A stretch of 64,000 nt of DNA, from assembly GCF_009914755.1 (NCBI RefSeq), contig NC_060929.1; one strand, written 5' to 3'. Source of the DNA: the human T2T-CHM13v2.0 reference genome, Homo sapiens. The notes beneath the pieces were generated by a model. That model was given only the letters and a program-made list of their open reading frames with translations, was not told where the DNA came from and searched no databases. The translations under genes were made by a program, and so were the position numbers. Shown one piece after another: positions 26,389-38,839 of this stretch (within the stretch, counting starts at the first letter, position 1; each line of letters begins with the position of its first letter).

Positions 26389-29300
26389 ATTGGTAAGAAA
26401 AGATCATACATACAACATTTCAAAAGGGCTTAAACTTAATTTTGAAGGGGTATTTCTTATCCATAGTAGGACCATGGGAAGGAGAGTAGTCCAGGGGAGG
26501 TGAGTCTCTTGAGACAACTTTCTGAGGTGTCTTTTGATAATGTCATTTTTTTCTACCTTTCTTGAGGACTGGGGTCTCCAGGCACAATGGAAATGATATT
26601 GTATGCCTAGTGCCTTTGAGATCCCCTGAGTGACAGCTGCTTTAAATGAAGAGCCATTGTCACTTTGGAGGTATTTAGGGAGTCCAAAGCGGGGAATTAT
26701 TTTATTGATTAATACTGTTACTACCTCAGAGGTCCTTTATGTTTGACATCGAAATGCTTCCACCCAGTTAGTGAACGTATCCACTGACACCAGGAGGTAC
26801 TGAGTGCCCCTTGATTTTGGCATATGGGTGAAGTCTATTTGCTAGTCCTCCCCTGGATAACTTCCCATTCTCTGAGCTCGATGGAGAAGAAGCCATCTGT
26901 TGAGGGAGGTGTTTTTAAGGCAGATTTCACAAGCATTAACAACCTGCTTGACTGTTTTTAGTAGGTTCTCCTCTGAGAATAATCTTTGGACACATTGATA
27001 AGTTTTATTCTTCCCTAGATGAAAAGTTTGGTGAAGAGTCTTAAGGACCTTACACTGGTTGGAGGCTGGCAAATGGAGCTTGCCATCCTCTGACTGCAAC
27101 CATCCTGATGGCTGGAAAGTGAATCTGCGAGAAATGGCCCATTCTGTTTCTGCAGGAGAATACTGAAGTTTATTTCCCTGATGGAGCCTTCCCAGATTAG
27201 AGGGGCTTCAAGGGTGTTGGCACTCTGAGGCTTTCGTGCTGCTGACTTGGCTGCCTGGTTGGCTAACTTATTTCCCTCAGCTATTTCATCCGATCCTTTC
27301 TGATGTCCTTTACAATGCATTACTGCTACTTCTTCTGGAAGGAAAAGTGAAGATAAAAGCCTATTAATTTCCTGATGGTATTTCATGGGAGACCCATTAG
27401 GAGTGAGAAACTGTCTCTCCTTCCAATTGGTGGCATGAGCATGGAGGATAAGAAAGACATATTTGGAGTTGGTATAAATGTTAGCTGTTTTTCCTCTGCT
27501 TAATTCAAGTGCCCTTGTGAGAGCTATCAGCTCAGCTAATTGGGCGCTTGTGCCTAGTGAAAGAGACATACTTTTAAAGATTCAGGGTGACTACTGCATA
27601 CCCTGCCTTACAGACTCCCTGCTCCACAAAGAGACTCCCATCTATAAAGAGGGTCCAGTCTGGATTTTCTAGGGGAATTTCCCTGAGATCCTCCATGGCT
27701 GCATAGGTTTCTATTACAACTTTCTCACAGTCATGTTCAGGTTCCCCAGTTTCCTCTGGGAGGAAGGTGGCTGGATTGAAGTGAGAGCAAGTTTTTAGTT
27801 GGGCTGCAGATCCCTCTACTAGTAGAGTCTGGTATTTAAGGAGGTGGCTATCTGTTAGCCAAAGGCCTCCTCTAGAAGACAGCAATTCTGCCACATTATG
27901 TGGGGTATAAACAGTTAAGCTATTCTCCAGGGTTTATTTGGTGGCTTCTGGCACCAGTAGGGCCACTGCTGCAACTGCCCAGAGGCAGGCTGGCTATCCT
28001 TTAGCCACCAGGTTCAGTTCCTTACTTAGGTAACCCACTGGCTGTTGAGCTGGCTCCTAGGTCTGAGTTAAAACTCCCAGGGTCATTCCCTTTCTTTCTG
28101 ACATGTAAAGACTGAATGCCTTCCCTATTGGAAGACTAAGGGTTGGTGCCCCAAGCAAAGCTTGTTTTAACTGGTTAAAGGCCCTTTTTGATTCTGGATC
28201 CCAAATCAAGGTGGTTAAAGACCCTTTTTGATTCTGGATCCCAAATCAAGGAATGGGTCTTGGCTGCCTGAGTTTCCTTTATTAATTGGTATAAGGGACA
28301 GGCCATTTCCCCATTCCCAGGTATCCATAGCCTGCAAAATCCTATAATGCCCAAAAATCCTCTTAGCTGCTTTAGGGTTTTAGGGAGGGTGAAGGAACAA
28401 ATGGGCTTAATTCTTTCTTCTGCCAATGCTCTGGACCCTTCAGATAACACTAAACCCGGGTACTTCACTGAGGTTTGGCAAAGCTGGGCCTTGGATTTTG
28501 AAACTTTATATCCCCTATTGGCTAAGAAATTGAGAAGGGCCTTGGTGCCTTCCAGAGAAGCTTTCTCAGTTGGAGCACAGAGAAGAATAGCATCTACATA
28601 CTGTAGGACTTTACCCTGAGAATGAGAGAACTCAGAAAGGTCTTTAGACGGTGTTTGTCCATACAAGTGAGGGGTGTCCCGAAACCTTTGTGGCAACATC
28701 ATCCAGGTTAACTGGGCAGTCTGGCCAGAGAGATCTTGGAAGGCAAATAGGTATTGTGAGTCAGGGTGTAGTGGTATGAGAAAAAAAAAAAAAGGCATCC
28801 TTTAGGTCTAGCACTGTGGGCCATTTCATTTCCTCAGGTATTTGGATTAGCAAAGTATAGGGATTAGGGACTACTGAATGAATTGGGACTGTGGCCTCAA
28901 TGAGGCAGAGGTCCTGAACTAGTCCCCATTCCCCATTGGGTTTCTGCATCCCTAATATTGGGGTGTTGCAGGGGCTACTGCAGTGTCTGAGGAGGCCTTT
29001 CTTCTTCAGATTATTAATAATGACCTCTGGCCCTTTTCTAGCCTCTGGCTTTAGGGGATATTTTCTTTGGTTAGGAAAAGAAGTGGGATCCTTAAGATGT
29101 ATTTGGACCAGTATAGCGGTTATAGCCTGGCCAATTTTCCCCTGGCTTGCTCACACCTCTGGGTTAATATTGGTTTACACCAGTGGAAGTCAAAGAGTCT
29201 GTCCTGGGGCCATAAGGATGCTGGCTCCCATGTGAGCTAAAATGTCTCCACGTAATAAGGGAGTGGGACTTTCAGGCATGATTAAAAAGCCATGTGTAAA

Positions 29301-29546
29301 TAGTAGGTCCCCCCAGCTACAACTAAGGGGTTGAGAAAAATATAGGGTTAGAACCTTTCCTGAGATGCCCTTCACAATCGTGCTACGGGAAGAGGGGAAG
29401 CCTGGATTGGAAAAGAACAGAGAGACCAGCTCCAGTGTCCAGAAGGAGGTCTACCCTCCTTCCTTCAATTTCCAGAATCACCCAGGGCTCCTGGGCGTAA
29501 CGGCAGTTTGGGCCACTAGAGTTGAGGAATTGAGCCCTGGGACCCA
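26389..29546 (-). pseudogene. pol: ERV pro-pol pseudogene (protease, RT, RNase H, truncated integrase)
   Basis: Protease LLDTGA; RT LPQRFRDTP and LQYVDA (catalytic YVDD mutated); RNase H LFIDGS and TSAQLAELIALTRAL; integrase HQTFH..CEIC; multiple frameshifts. Confidence 0.96.
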
Positions 29547-31024
29547 TCAGTTCTGCTGGAGCATTTGGGAGACCAGTTCTGGACGGAGATGTCTCTCCGT
29601 CTCTGCAGGCAGTCCGACCTCTAGTTGTCCTTGCCACAGGCTGGACAGGGTCGAGGTGGCTTCTTACTGCCAGGACAGTCCTTCTTAAAGTGCCCTGGTT
29701 TGCCACATGGATAGCAATTAGTGGATCCTGTACTTTACAGACCTCTAAAGCAGCCATCAGAGATTCCATCCTTCTCCTGTGCTTCCTCTCTTTTTCCTGG
29801 GCCTCCTCCTGATCCCTGCTGTAAAAGACCGAGGTGGCTACCCTGAGGAGGTTCTCCAGAATACTGTCTGGTCCTATTGCCTGTTTCTGTAATTTTCTTC
29901 TAATATCAGGGGCTGCCTGAGTAATAAACTTGTACTTTAGGACTAGCTGTCCTTCAACTGAGTCAGGAGACAGGGAAGTATGTTTTATTAAGGCCTCTTA
30001 GCCTTTCCATGAAAGCCAAGGGATTCTCATCTGGTCTTTGATCTGTTGTGGACAGCTTAGAGTAATTAAGAAGTTTGGCCCCAGTTTTTCATAGGCCCTC
30101 CAGTATGCACATTAAAAAGTGTTTACTCTTCCATTCATCTGTGGGGTCACTACGGTCCTAGCCAGGGTTTTCAGGGGGTATTCCTTCTCTCCCTGTTGGG
30201 AATGGTTGTTCTATAATTTCCTCCACTATCTTATCTCCATTCTTCTTTTTTGGTCTGCTATAAGAAACATGTTATTTGTCCCTGAATTTTTCTGCTGCCT
30301 GCAGAGCTGCCTGCCTCTCAGCAGCTGTTAGGGTTTGGTTTAACATAACATCTCTCCATGTGAGATCATACACCTGGGCTAGATTTTGGAAAGCCTCTAT
30401 ATAACTGCTGGGGTCATTAGAGAACCTACCCAGGTCTCCTTTTATTTGTCTAAGGTCTTTCAATGAGAAGGGAACCTGAACCCTACTGGCACCATGTCCA
30501 CTGGGCATTTCATGCAGGGGTAAAAGCGAAACTGGGGAAGTGGGGAGTTTTGGAAGTGGTGAAACTAGAGGAGCCAACAGTGCAGTTGGAGGAGGGAGCC
30601 CTGGATAATGGGGACAAGAGGAGCTGAGACACTTAATAGTTGTCTCAGGATTCCCCAGAAATTTGTTTTCTTAGCTTTGGGGTATCATTCCCCATGCATG
30701 TTCCAGATATGGCTGCTAAAAGAGCTGGGTCGATTGTGCATCGCTTGCAGAGGTCTGTGTTGTCCCACAGGGCAAAGAAAGCCTGTACATAGGGACTTCA
30801 GACCATTTGCCCTTCCATCTACAGAAAAGATCTAATTGTTGGATAATATTAAAATCAAGACTTCCCTTAGAAGGTCAGGTTTGTCTGTCCCCAAGCTGGT
30901 AAGGCCGCCCCCTTGTGCAAAATAATGTAAGCCACTTTTTCTTCAGAGTCTTGGGGTCAAAGGACTTCCAGTGCTTCAGAATGCACTCGAGAGGAGTGCA
31001 GGCTGAAGATGGTTTGTTACCCAT
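29547..31024 (-). pseudogene. gag: ERV gag pseudogene (class I, HERV-W/HERV9/HUERS-P3-like)
   Basis: ATG at 31024 gives [19 protein letters not shown]; VPFSLKDLRQIKGDLGRFSNDP; CCHC knuckle CYPCGKPGHFKKDC near 29670-29720; disrupted frame. Confidence 0.93.
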
Positions 31025-31440
31025 CTAGAAAGAGAGGGGGAAGAAAAGACGTCCCTTAGTCTTCTCCCTCCTTTTGGAGTAACCCAGGTGTAGAGGAAGA
31101 CAGTGGGGGCTTCCCCACTACTATTCTCCTTCCTTTGTTCCCTGAGCCCTGGCATCCATTAAAGGTGCTGCTCCTGGGTGCAAGTGTGACTATTTCTGCC
31201 TGACCCACTCCTCTAGGTCCTCCATCCATGGACCCGGAGGAGTGGGTCAGGCAGGAATAGTCACGTTCACCTGTGTGAGACCCTAGTCCTCCGCTAATTC
31301 CCCTTTGATTCCTTAGATTTGTATGGCCAGCGTGTCTCCCCTATAGATGGATCTCGGGAGAGACTATGTAATAGTTGCATCTGGGCCAGGCCCCTCAGTG
31401 AAGGCAGTATTCTGAATTGGGCCCTATATTCTGCTATTAT
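31025..31440 (-). mobile_element. ERV 5' leader, truncated (no PBS or 5' LTR)
   Basis: GC-richer sequence contiguous with gag; ends abruptly against MER50; no second copy of the 24767-25494 LTR. Confidence 0.75.
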
Positions 31441-31790
31441 GGTCTGATAACTGCCAAACCATCACCTGATGGTCACCTGACATTCCTGGTGTGTGGTGGG
31501 GGAGCCCTCTCCTGCGCCACTGAGGCCTGACTAGCTACCTACTCTAACACAATAGCTATTACTATGAAGAATTGAAACAGGAAATATCTTGAGCTTTCAA
31601 ATTTTTTCATGAGGGATGAGCTCAGCATCCAATCAAGACTCAAAATGGGAAAATTTCCAAACCACATGATAAGCAATCCAAAAAAGAATGACCAGTGTCC
31701 ATTATCTAAGCTAGCAGAAAGGGTGAAAGGATGGGTGGCATGATAAATTCTTGCCCTCTGAGATAAGCGCTCTGTGGAAATGGGACGTGG

Positions 31791-32259
31791 TGTGAAAGGA
31801 AAGGAAAATCTTGGGAGCCCAAACCCACTATTCCTAAGGGAAAGTTAAGCTTGAGAACTAAGTGATGCAAAAACTACCTTCCTTTTGTTCCCAAACAGAT
31901 AGCTGTAATTTCACATTGTGATTGTATCCTATGTAAAAATATAGATTTACTGAGCACAAGATGAATGCACAGTTCACTTTTCCCCTCCCTCCATCTTTCA
32001 CATGTAAAATGTAGGTTCATAAGCTCTAATCAAGGCCTCACAAGAGTAACTACCCTGCCCACTTTTTTCCCTTTCCTCCTTTCCTTCCTATTTGCTTCTT
32101 TCCTTTCAAATATTTAAGCCCTCAAAAACCTCTTTGGGAAAGGCAGAGGCCACAGATCCTACTGTAACTTGTGTTTCTTTTTCCCAGGTGCATCCTCAAC
32201 CTTGGCAATACAAACTTCTAAATCAATTGAGATCCACCTCACTCTCTTTTTGGTTTACA
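31791..32259 (+). mobile_element. Solo ERV1 LTR of the MER4 group
   Basis: tgtgaaaggaaa...tcttggga start and ttttggtttaca end; TSD degraded (gtgg/atag). Confidence 0.8.
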
Positions 32260-34959
32260 ATAGGATGGACTGTGAAAAAGTCTGGGGCTTCATAGGCCCC
32301 GGACTGGAAAAGATTGGCAGCCAGAAATCTGTGTGAGGAAAAATCCTGGTACAAGGCAGAGTGAAGAGAAGGGAGGAGATGATTGCTAAACACCTCTCCA
32401 CTTGACAGTTGCACCATGGCCCACACCTGCTCCCCGCCACCCTGAGATCATATGGCATTCTTCAGCAGTAGACTTCAAGTATTTTTGCTCATATATCCCC
32501 TAAAGAATTTTGCAAACTATTTACATCGCATAGACTTTTAAGTTAACATCTAGAATTTTTATCATAAATTTAAATAGTTGAAAATGTGGTGATTTCTGGC
32601 ACATAATAGAGATGCTTTAAATATATTTTCCTCAAAATCTTGAAGCTTCTGATTTAGTTTTTTTAATTTTTAGAAATTGTCTTTCCTTATAAGGAAAATG
32701 ACAAATAAGGTTCTCAGTTTCAAATTGAGGAAAGCAGACTTAATTTATGTCAGAAAAAAATCTGACTGTATTTGAATTGAAATATATGTGTGAATCTACG
32801 TCCCTGTGCTAACCATCTGACTTCTGAATTCCAGTTTTAGAAGAGATAGAGAAGGCATGGAACTCAGCCATGAGTTTGAGGCCTGATGAAATAATGTGTT
32901 GCCCCCTCTAATATTTTTCTACTGGAGCCTCTCTTTGTTTTCCTCTCATACAATACTCCCTCATGAGCTGTGAAGTGTCAAGTTTTCCCCTGAGTAGCTT
33001 AGTGGTTAAGTCCTGAGCAATGCACCATAGTCAAATTTAGGATAAGTGAAGTGGGAGGAAGTCAGCTGCAAAAGGGGAAATGGGAAGAGAGAGCCCATAG
33101 ACCACAGACACATTTGTATGTTGCCAATTTAGGAAAGAATACATTTAGAAGTATGGAAGTTTATTCCTTAAAAAGATCTCAGCTAACATGCCCACTGGAA
33201 AATCTTCATATACCACCCCTTAGTGTGTATGTCCCAGTTTAAAACAAACAAAAAAACCCTAGAGTAATATTTAAATCAGTAATCTTTAAATTATTGTATG
33301 TAGTTTTTCCATCAGGATGCATATAATAAATGTACTTGTTTTATATCTAGTGTTTTAGCAAATCAGTACTAATATGGTGGAATGGGTAACACTCTTCTCC
33401 TCCTTATCCCCTCTACAACTAAAGAAAAGGATCACTTAGTAAATGGTACTAATAGTTTAGATTACACATTGAATTCTACTGTCTTTTGCTAGAAGCTTAA
33501 CTTTTTACGGGGCCCTAGAATGCCTTTAGTTCTAAATTAATCTTGGCAAAATATTTCATTTAATTGTGATATGATATGAATATTTTATAAAGTGCTATCC
33601 TACTTAAAGCAAATATATAATTCAAGAAAAAGCAAAATTTAGTATACTAAGGAATTTTGCCAAAGTGTTTTAAAGAGGAGAGCCAATGAGTTGGGGAGCT
33701 ACTGAGTCCTTGGTTCTTTACCTACCATGGTAGGAAGCCTAAGGGCCTTTGGAGCCAATACCAGCAAACCACTTCTGCAGAGGTCTGGCCTCAGGGCAAG
33801 GATCTTTCTGTACCACATGTTCTAAAGCTTGTGCTGGCCACATATATTTAGACAGTTTTTAACCTAGGTTCCACTATTATTGTCAAGTTGGTTTTAAATA
33901 GAAATCTTCCTTTCTTTCTCAAATATGTACATGATTGATGCAGAATTCTATAAGAAATGAGAAATCCACACAGTAACCTTTACACATTTTCATGGCTGGC
34001 AAAATCCTTAGGGAACTTCTGTGTTATTCAATTTGTCAAGGCAATTCCTGTGTGGCAAACCATGTTTTCCATTCTCAATCCTTTACTTGCTCTCTGAATG
34101 GTGAGAAACTGACACTCACAGATAGACTAAAAGCTAAATAAGTGATTAAGTGATTGAATGGATGAATGAAAACCTATTAAATGCAAAGCATCTAGCCAAA
34201 TTCCTCTGGGTTAAGCAAGTTTAGTCCTCCTCTCAAGGAGCAGATTATTCCTTCATTTCCTTTCCTTTATATTCCCCTGAATTTGTCTGCAGGCAATTGT
34301 CCAGTAATTCTAAAAACTCCTTGAAATGACTAAAACAGTAAAGCTGAGACATGACAGACTGCTGGAGAGCTAGACTTGGGGTGAGCAATGCTGAAATCAC
34401 CATGAACTGCTCTCAGGGTCTCAGGAAAAGGGCGAGGCAAGAGCAACTAGGCCTATGGCCCTCAATTGCCTGAATTATGCAATACTCTGATTTAGCAAGA
34501 GCAGAGGGGATGGTAGAAGGGGAGAGGTGAAACAGAGAGGAGATGAGATATAAGGCAACCAAGTTAACTGATTACACAGCTCAGGATTTCTCTTTAAATG
34601 TTAGGCTCCCATAAGGACAAATTCCACTCCATCTGTTACTAACACCAAATGAGAATAAATGTAGTCCCCCACCCTCAAAGATATAATGGTTTCTTTGAAA
34701 GTGGCGAATTTAGTTTAATCTCTAAACTTTCCCTTCTATCAACACTGGATATTGTTAAAAATGTATTTTATGATTATGTTTTCAGAAATTTTTTACACCT
34801 TTTAACCAGAATGAGTTTTATGTCAAGAGCTGCTAAAGGGCTCCCTAGACTTGATCTTCTGTCTAAAGTGTAAGCTTTTATACTCTACAAAGGAAATGAT
34901 GTCGTCAGACCTATGCACATGACTTTGTGACTAGAAGGAGGTCAAGGATTCACAGTTAG

Positions 34960-36058
34960 TTAGCTGTTAATTGCAAGCCCAGTAGCTATTTCCCTCTCTC
35001 CTTGTAAAGGGAACTCTAATTTGTTTTAGTGTCCTTCAGCACAGCTGACTTGACCTAGCTCAGGCATACATCTCTGGTCTAAGTCACTCACAGCAGTCTC
35101 TCTCCTCTTGCCTGCTATGGGTTTTGTCATGAGCATCTGACACAGATGTGGTCAAGGAGTTAAGACAGAAGGCAGGTTAAGTCTTCCAGGAAAGGTTTCC
35201 TTACTCAAAAATAATGTCACAATGAAGACACAATCCACTTGTCCTGCTGGATGTTGTGATGGTACATGATAGCTCTTACTTATGCAATCATTGTGCATCT
35301 ATGTGGGGAACTAGCCTGAGTATACAGCTAAGACACTGAGCATGGCAGGGTAGAAGACAGAAAGAATTTGGATCTTTGACAAGGCATTGAGATGCTGAAT
35401 TAAATAATCCAGGCACTGTCTTATCTTGCCCCTTCTTCTTGTGCCCTTAGTATTTAAACCTTCTGTGGTGGTTTTAAAATATGTCCACAATTCTTTGATT
35501 CTCTTTCCTGTAAGAGATGAAACCTAATTCCCCTACCTTGAGTATGATTTAGTGGATTTAGCTAGATTGAGTGACTCACTTCTCACAAGCAGAATAAAGT
35601 AGAAGTGATGGTATGCAACTGCAGAGGCTAAGCCATAAAGGCAGTGTGGCTTCCTCTTTAGTCACTTTCTCCTGGATTACCCAGACTGGTTGAAGCTAGC
35701 TGTCATGTCATGAGGACACCCAAACAACCTAAGGCGAGGCCCACATGGTGTGGAGTTTAGTTGGTCACCTGCCAATCGATAGTAGGTCAGTCATACTGGA
35801 AGCCGACCTTCCAGCCTAAGTCAAGACTTCAGATGATTGCAGTCTCTGCCTACATTCTGACTACAACATCATAAGAGACTTAGAACAACCCAGCTAAGCC
35901 ACTCCAGAATTTCTGACTTGTAGGAACTGTGAGATAATATATATTTGTTGTTTTAACTCATTAAGTTTTGGGGACATTTGTTATGCAGCAGTAGATAACT
36001 AAAACAATTTCTAAGATTGGATTCTCTGACCTTCTCAAACAAAGGCATAGTAATTGAT
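34960..36058 (+). mobile_element. Old MLT1J/K-like LTR interrupted by a second MLT1
   Basis: gaggatggcag-type motif (gagcatggcagggtagaagacagaaagaatttggatctttga), resuming after 36006. Confidence 0.65.
35464..36006 (+). mobile_element. MLT1F/G/H-like LTR
   Basis: tgtggtggttttaaaatatgtccaca...ttgttatgcagcagtagataactaaaaca. Confidence 0.8.
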
Positions 36059-38202
36059 AAAATGTTCTAAAAGATTGCATCCTAAAACCAGAGAATTACA
36101 GGTTCCTCCATGGGTCTTCTGGTTCATTCTCTCTTTTTTTGAAAGATTGCGTAATGCTCTTTGAGATAAATAGATATCTTTCTCATTAGGCCTTCCGAAA
36201 AAGGAGACAACAGTTGTTCCAGGGCATTACTTTCACAACCATCTGGTGAGAGGCTGAAATCACTCTGGTTATGATTAAACCAATTGCATCTCATTGTATC
36301 CTTAGAATAGTGTTTCCCAAACTTTCTTACAGAAAAAGTATCCTGAATGATACTAACTGATATTCTACAAAAAGAGTGGGGGAGACTTTGAGTTTTAAAA
36401 TAAAAATAAAGCATATTAAAGACCGTGGAGACTTTTTGCAAAAAAAAAAAAAAAGAAAAGAAAAAGAGAAAATCTGTTTAATTTTTGTGTAACTTAGAAT
36501 TTCTCAAAGGCAGGGTAACTATAGATGGTCCCCTCCATGCTCCTTTCCTCCAATAAAAATACCTATGAGCATTTCTTGGGGCATAAATGTTGTACCAAAC
36601 ACATGGAAATATGGGTGTGGATGAGAAAGAGCTCATCACAATATACACTGAATGGAATGTATTAACATGAATGATCAAAATAATCCAAAACACTATACTC
36701 AAAATAACATAGCCATCCCACAGTTATACAGTCACATTCATTATCTGAGTAATCCACAGCATCTAAGTTTAGACTTAGATCTTGAGTCAGAAATAGTACA
36801 AGAATTATCAATGTGCAGTTAGTAGCAAGTAGGACTCATATACATTTATTCAAAAAGATCAGGACTTGTCTTCAAAACTCCAGACATATAGATTAGTTTC
36901 TTGTTTCCTATTAAACAACAACATTTTGCCCCCTCCTTTTAAAATGTTTATTTTATTACTGCAGGAAAATGTTTCATCTGAAACATTTGGTATAAATAAA
37001 AAACTTACAGAGATTTCTTAAATATTGATATCTGGTATATAAGACCCTGAATTAGCATGCCTCTGCCAACTAAAAGGTCACGTAATTCACCTATGATTCA
37101 TACTGCCGCGGAAGCCAAAGCCCTCTTGACTGGTAGTGCCTTGGCAACAGAATCCCTGGATTCTATCATGTTAAGCCCGAAAGTCAAGTGAGTGAAGCCC
37201 CACACTCCTACAGTGAGTAGGAAGACCACTCACAGCAGTTGATTAGGACTTACCCTAACCAGACAAGGTCCCATAAAGGAAACGGTTCTGTCCTGGAGCT
37301 GGGCCAAGTTTGACATGCCCAGAATAAAAAGATCCTTCAGAGAGGGAGCTTTGAGGAGGTAATAATTGCCTCTAACTCCTCCTTAGCATTATAACTTTGA
37401 AAGAATTTTTTTGACTCTTAAAATCAAACCACGTTAAACCACCCTTTAAGACTTCAGCAGAAATGTGATCTATGGGAACAAATGTATGCAATTGGATATA
37501 TAAGGAACCCCAATTTCTCTCTCCATGCCTATGGTTCTCTGTCTTTGATTCCTGCTGTTTTCACTTTGTCTGCCACCCGGGAAAGGAGGCTGCTTTTATA
37601 ACTGTGGTTCAAATGAGGACACAGATTATTTTCCTTAGTCAGTATCCTTAGTAGGAAGGAGACATGCTGTCATTTAGGTATTTGTTATCTTAAAAGGGAT
37701 CTCCAAAAGAAAATAAATGGAATTATGGAATAATTTTTCAGTGGTCAAATTTTAGAAGATGGGATTCTAATGCTATAACAATTGCACCTTGGCCCTAGTG
37801 GCAGGTAAATCTGTTTGGACTCCTTTTTGGCTTATTAGCTCATTGCCCATACCCCTTTATTGAGAGACAGAGGAAGTATTGCCATCCAAGCCAAGGACAG
37901 AATGACTACATTTCTTCTCACTCAGACCCATCACTCCCCAAACTTTCAAATTCCAGTTTTTCCCTGATATGAGGGATTTCTTGTCTACAGCTTTCCCAAT
38001 TTCCCATATCCAATTCATCAGCAAGTCTGAGAAGGGTATCACTGAGTCCCAGAATTTCTATGAACGAAAGAATACCTGAAGAATTCTTTTTGCTCTACTT
38101 GAAAGAAAGTCTATACTGTAGACTGCATTTATAAAGAGAACCCACAGCTACTAACCCAGAAGCTAGGGAGGACTTAGATAGTCGCAGAAACCAGAAAGGG
38201 TC

Positions 38203-38839
38203 TGTAACCAAAATGCAGGTTCAGTTGCTCACCACTTGCAGAATTCAGCTAAAAAGAGCGAGGTTTGGTATAAAGAAGGTGACTTTATTCAAAAGCTTAG
38301 TTTAGGGGAAGAAGTACAGCCTCCTTCCTTTAAAGTACCATTTTCCTTTTGGGGACAGAAAGCAGAGGCTTTTAAAGGGGGACTTTGCACAAATAGTATG
38401 CAGAGGAGGGAATGAGCAGGTGCAGGGTCTACGTGGCTTGCTTTGGTGTCTTATCTACCAGATGGTTGAGCTGCCACCATCATGGGCAGACCTAGGTTGT
38501 AAGGTGAATGTTGTCTCAAGATACTCTCCAGGTGAGAGAGAGTTCCATTGCGGGCATACGTTGGGTTATAAATTGACTGTTGTCTCTTGGGGCAAGCTCC
38601 TGTTAGGAGAGATTTCTGACTCTTATGCTTCTAAGTAAGCATATAGTTGGATAGTTAGATAAGCTTACCATATAGGGAGTATCTGGTGAAGGGAAGGTAA
38701 AGGTTATAATTGCATTTCTAAAGAGCTAAGTAGGAAGTGGAAAATAGGGGAAGAGGAGGAAAGAGAAAAGAACATGAAAAGATAGTAATTAAAATAACTC
38801 ATTTTCTTTCTCTTAGAAAAATGGGGATACTCAGTTACA
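38203..38839 (-). mobile_element. Solo ERV1 LTR (LTR36-like, tentative)
   Basis: tgtaac...gttaca inverted termini; TSD ggtc/ggta; minus-strand AATAAA ~38284-38289. Confidence 0.75.

Larger units (their letters stand above)
21097..31549 (-). mobile_element. MER50-like solo LTR in three pieces (21097-21495, 24331-24595, ~31441-31549)
   Basis: Pieces are colinear with recalled MER50 consensus; TG/CA ends; TSD caac/caat (21093-21096, 31550-31553). Confidence 0.85.

Noticed and set aside
28175-28798. Active reverse transcriptase (207-aa ORF)
   Set aside because: Catalytic YVDD reads YVDA, and frameshifts flank the ORF.
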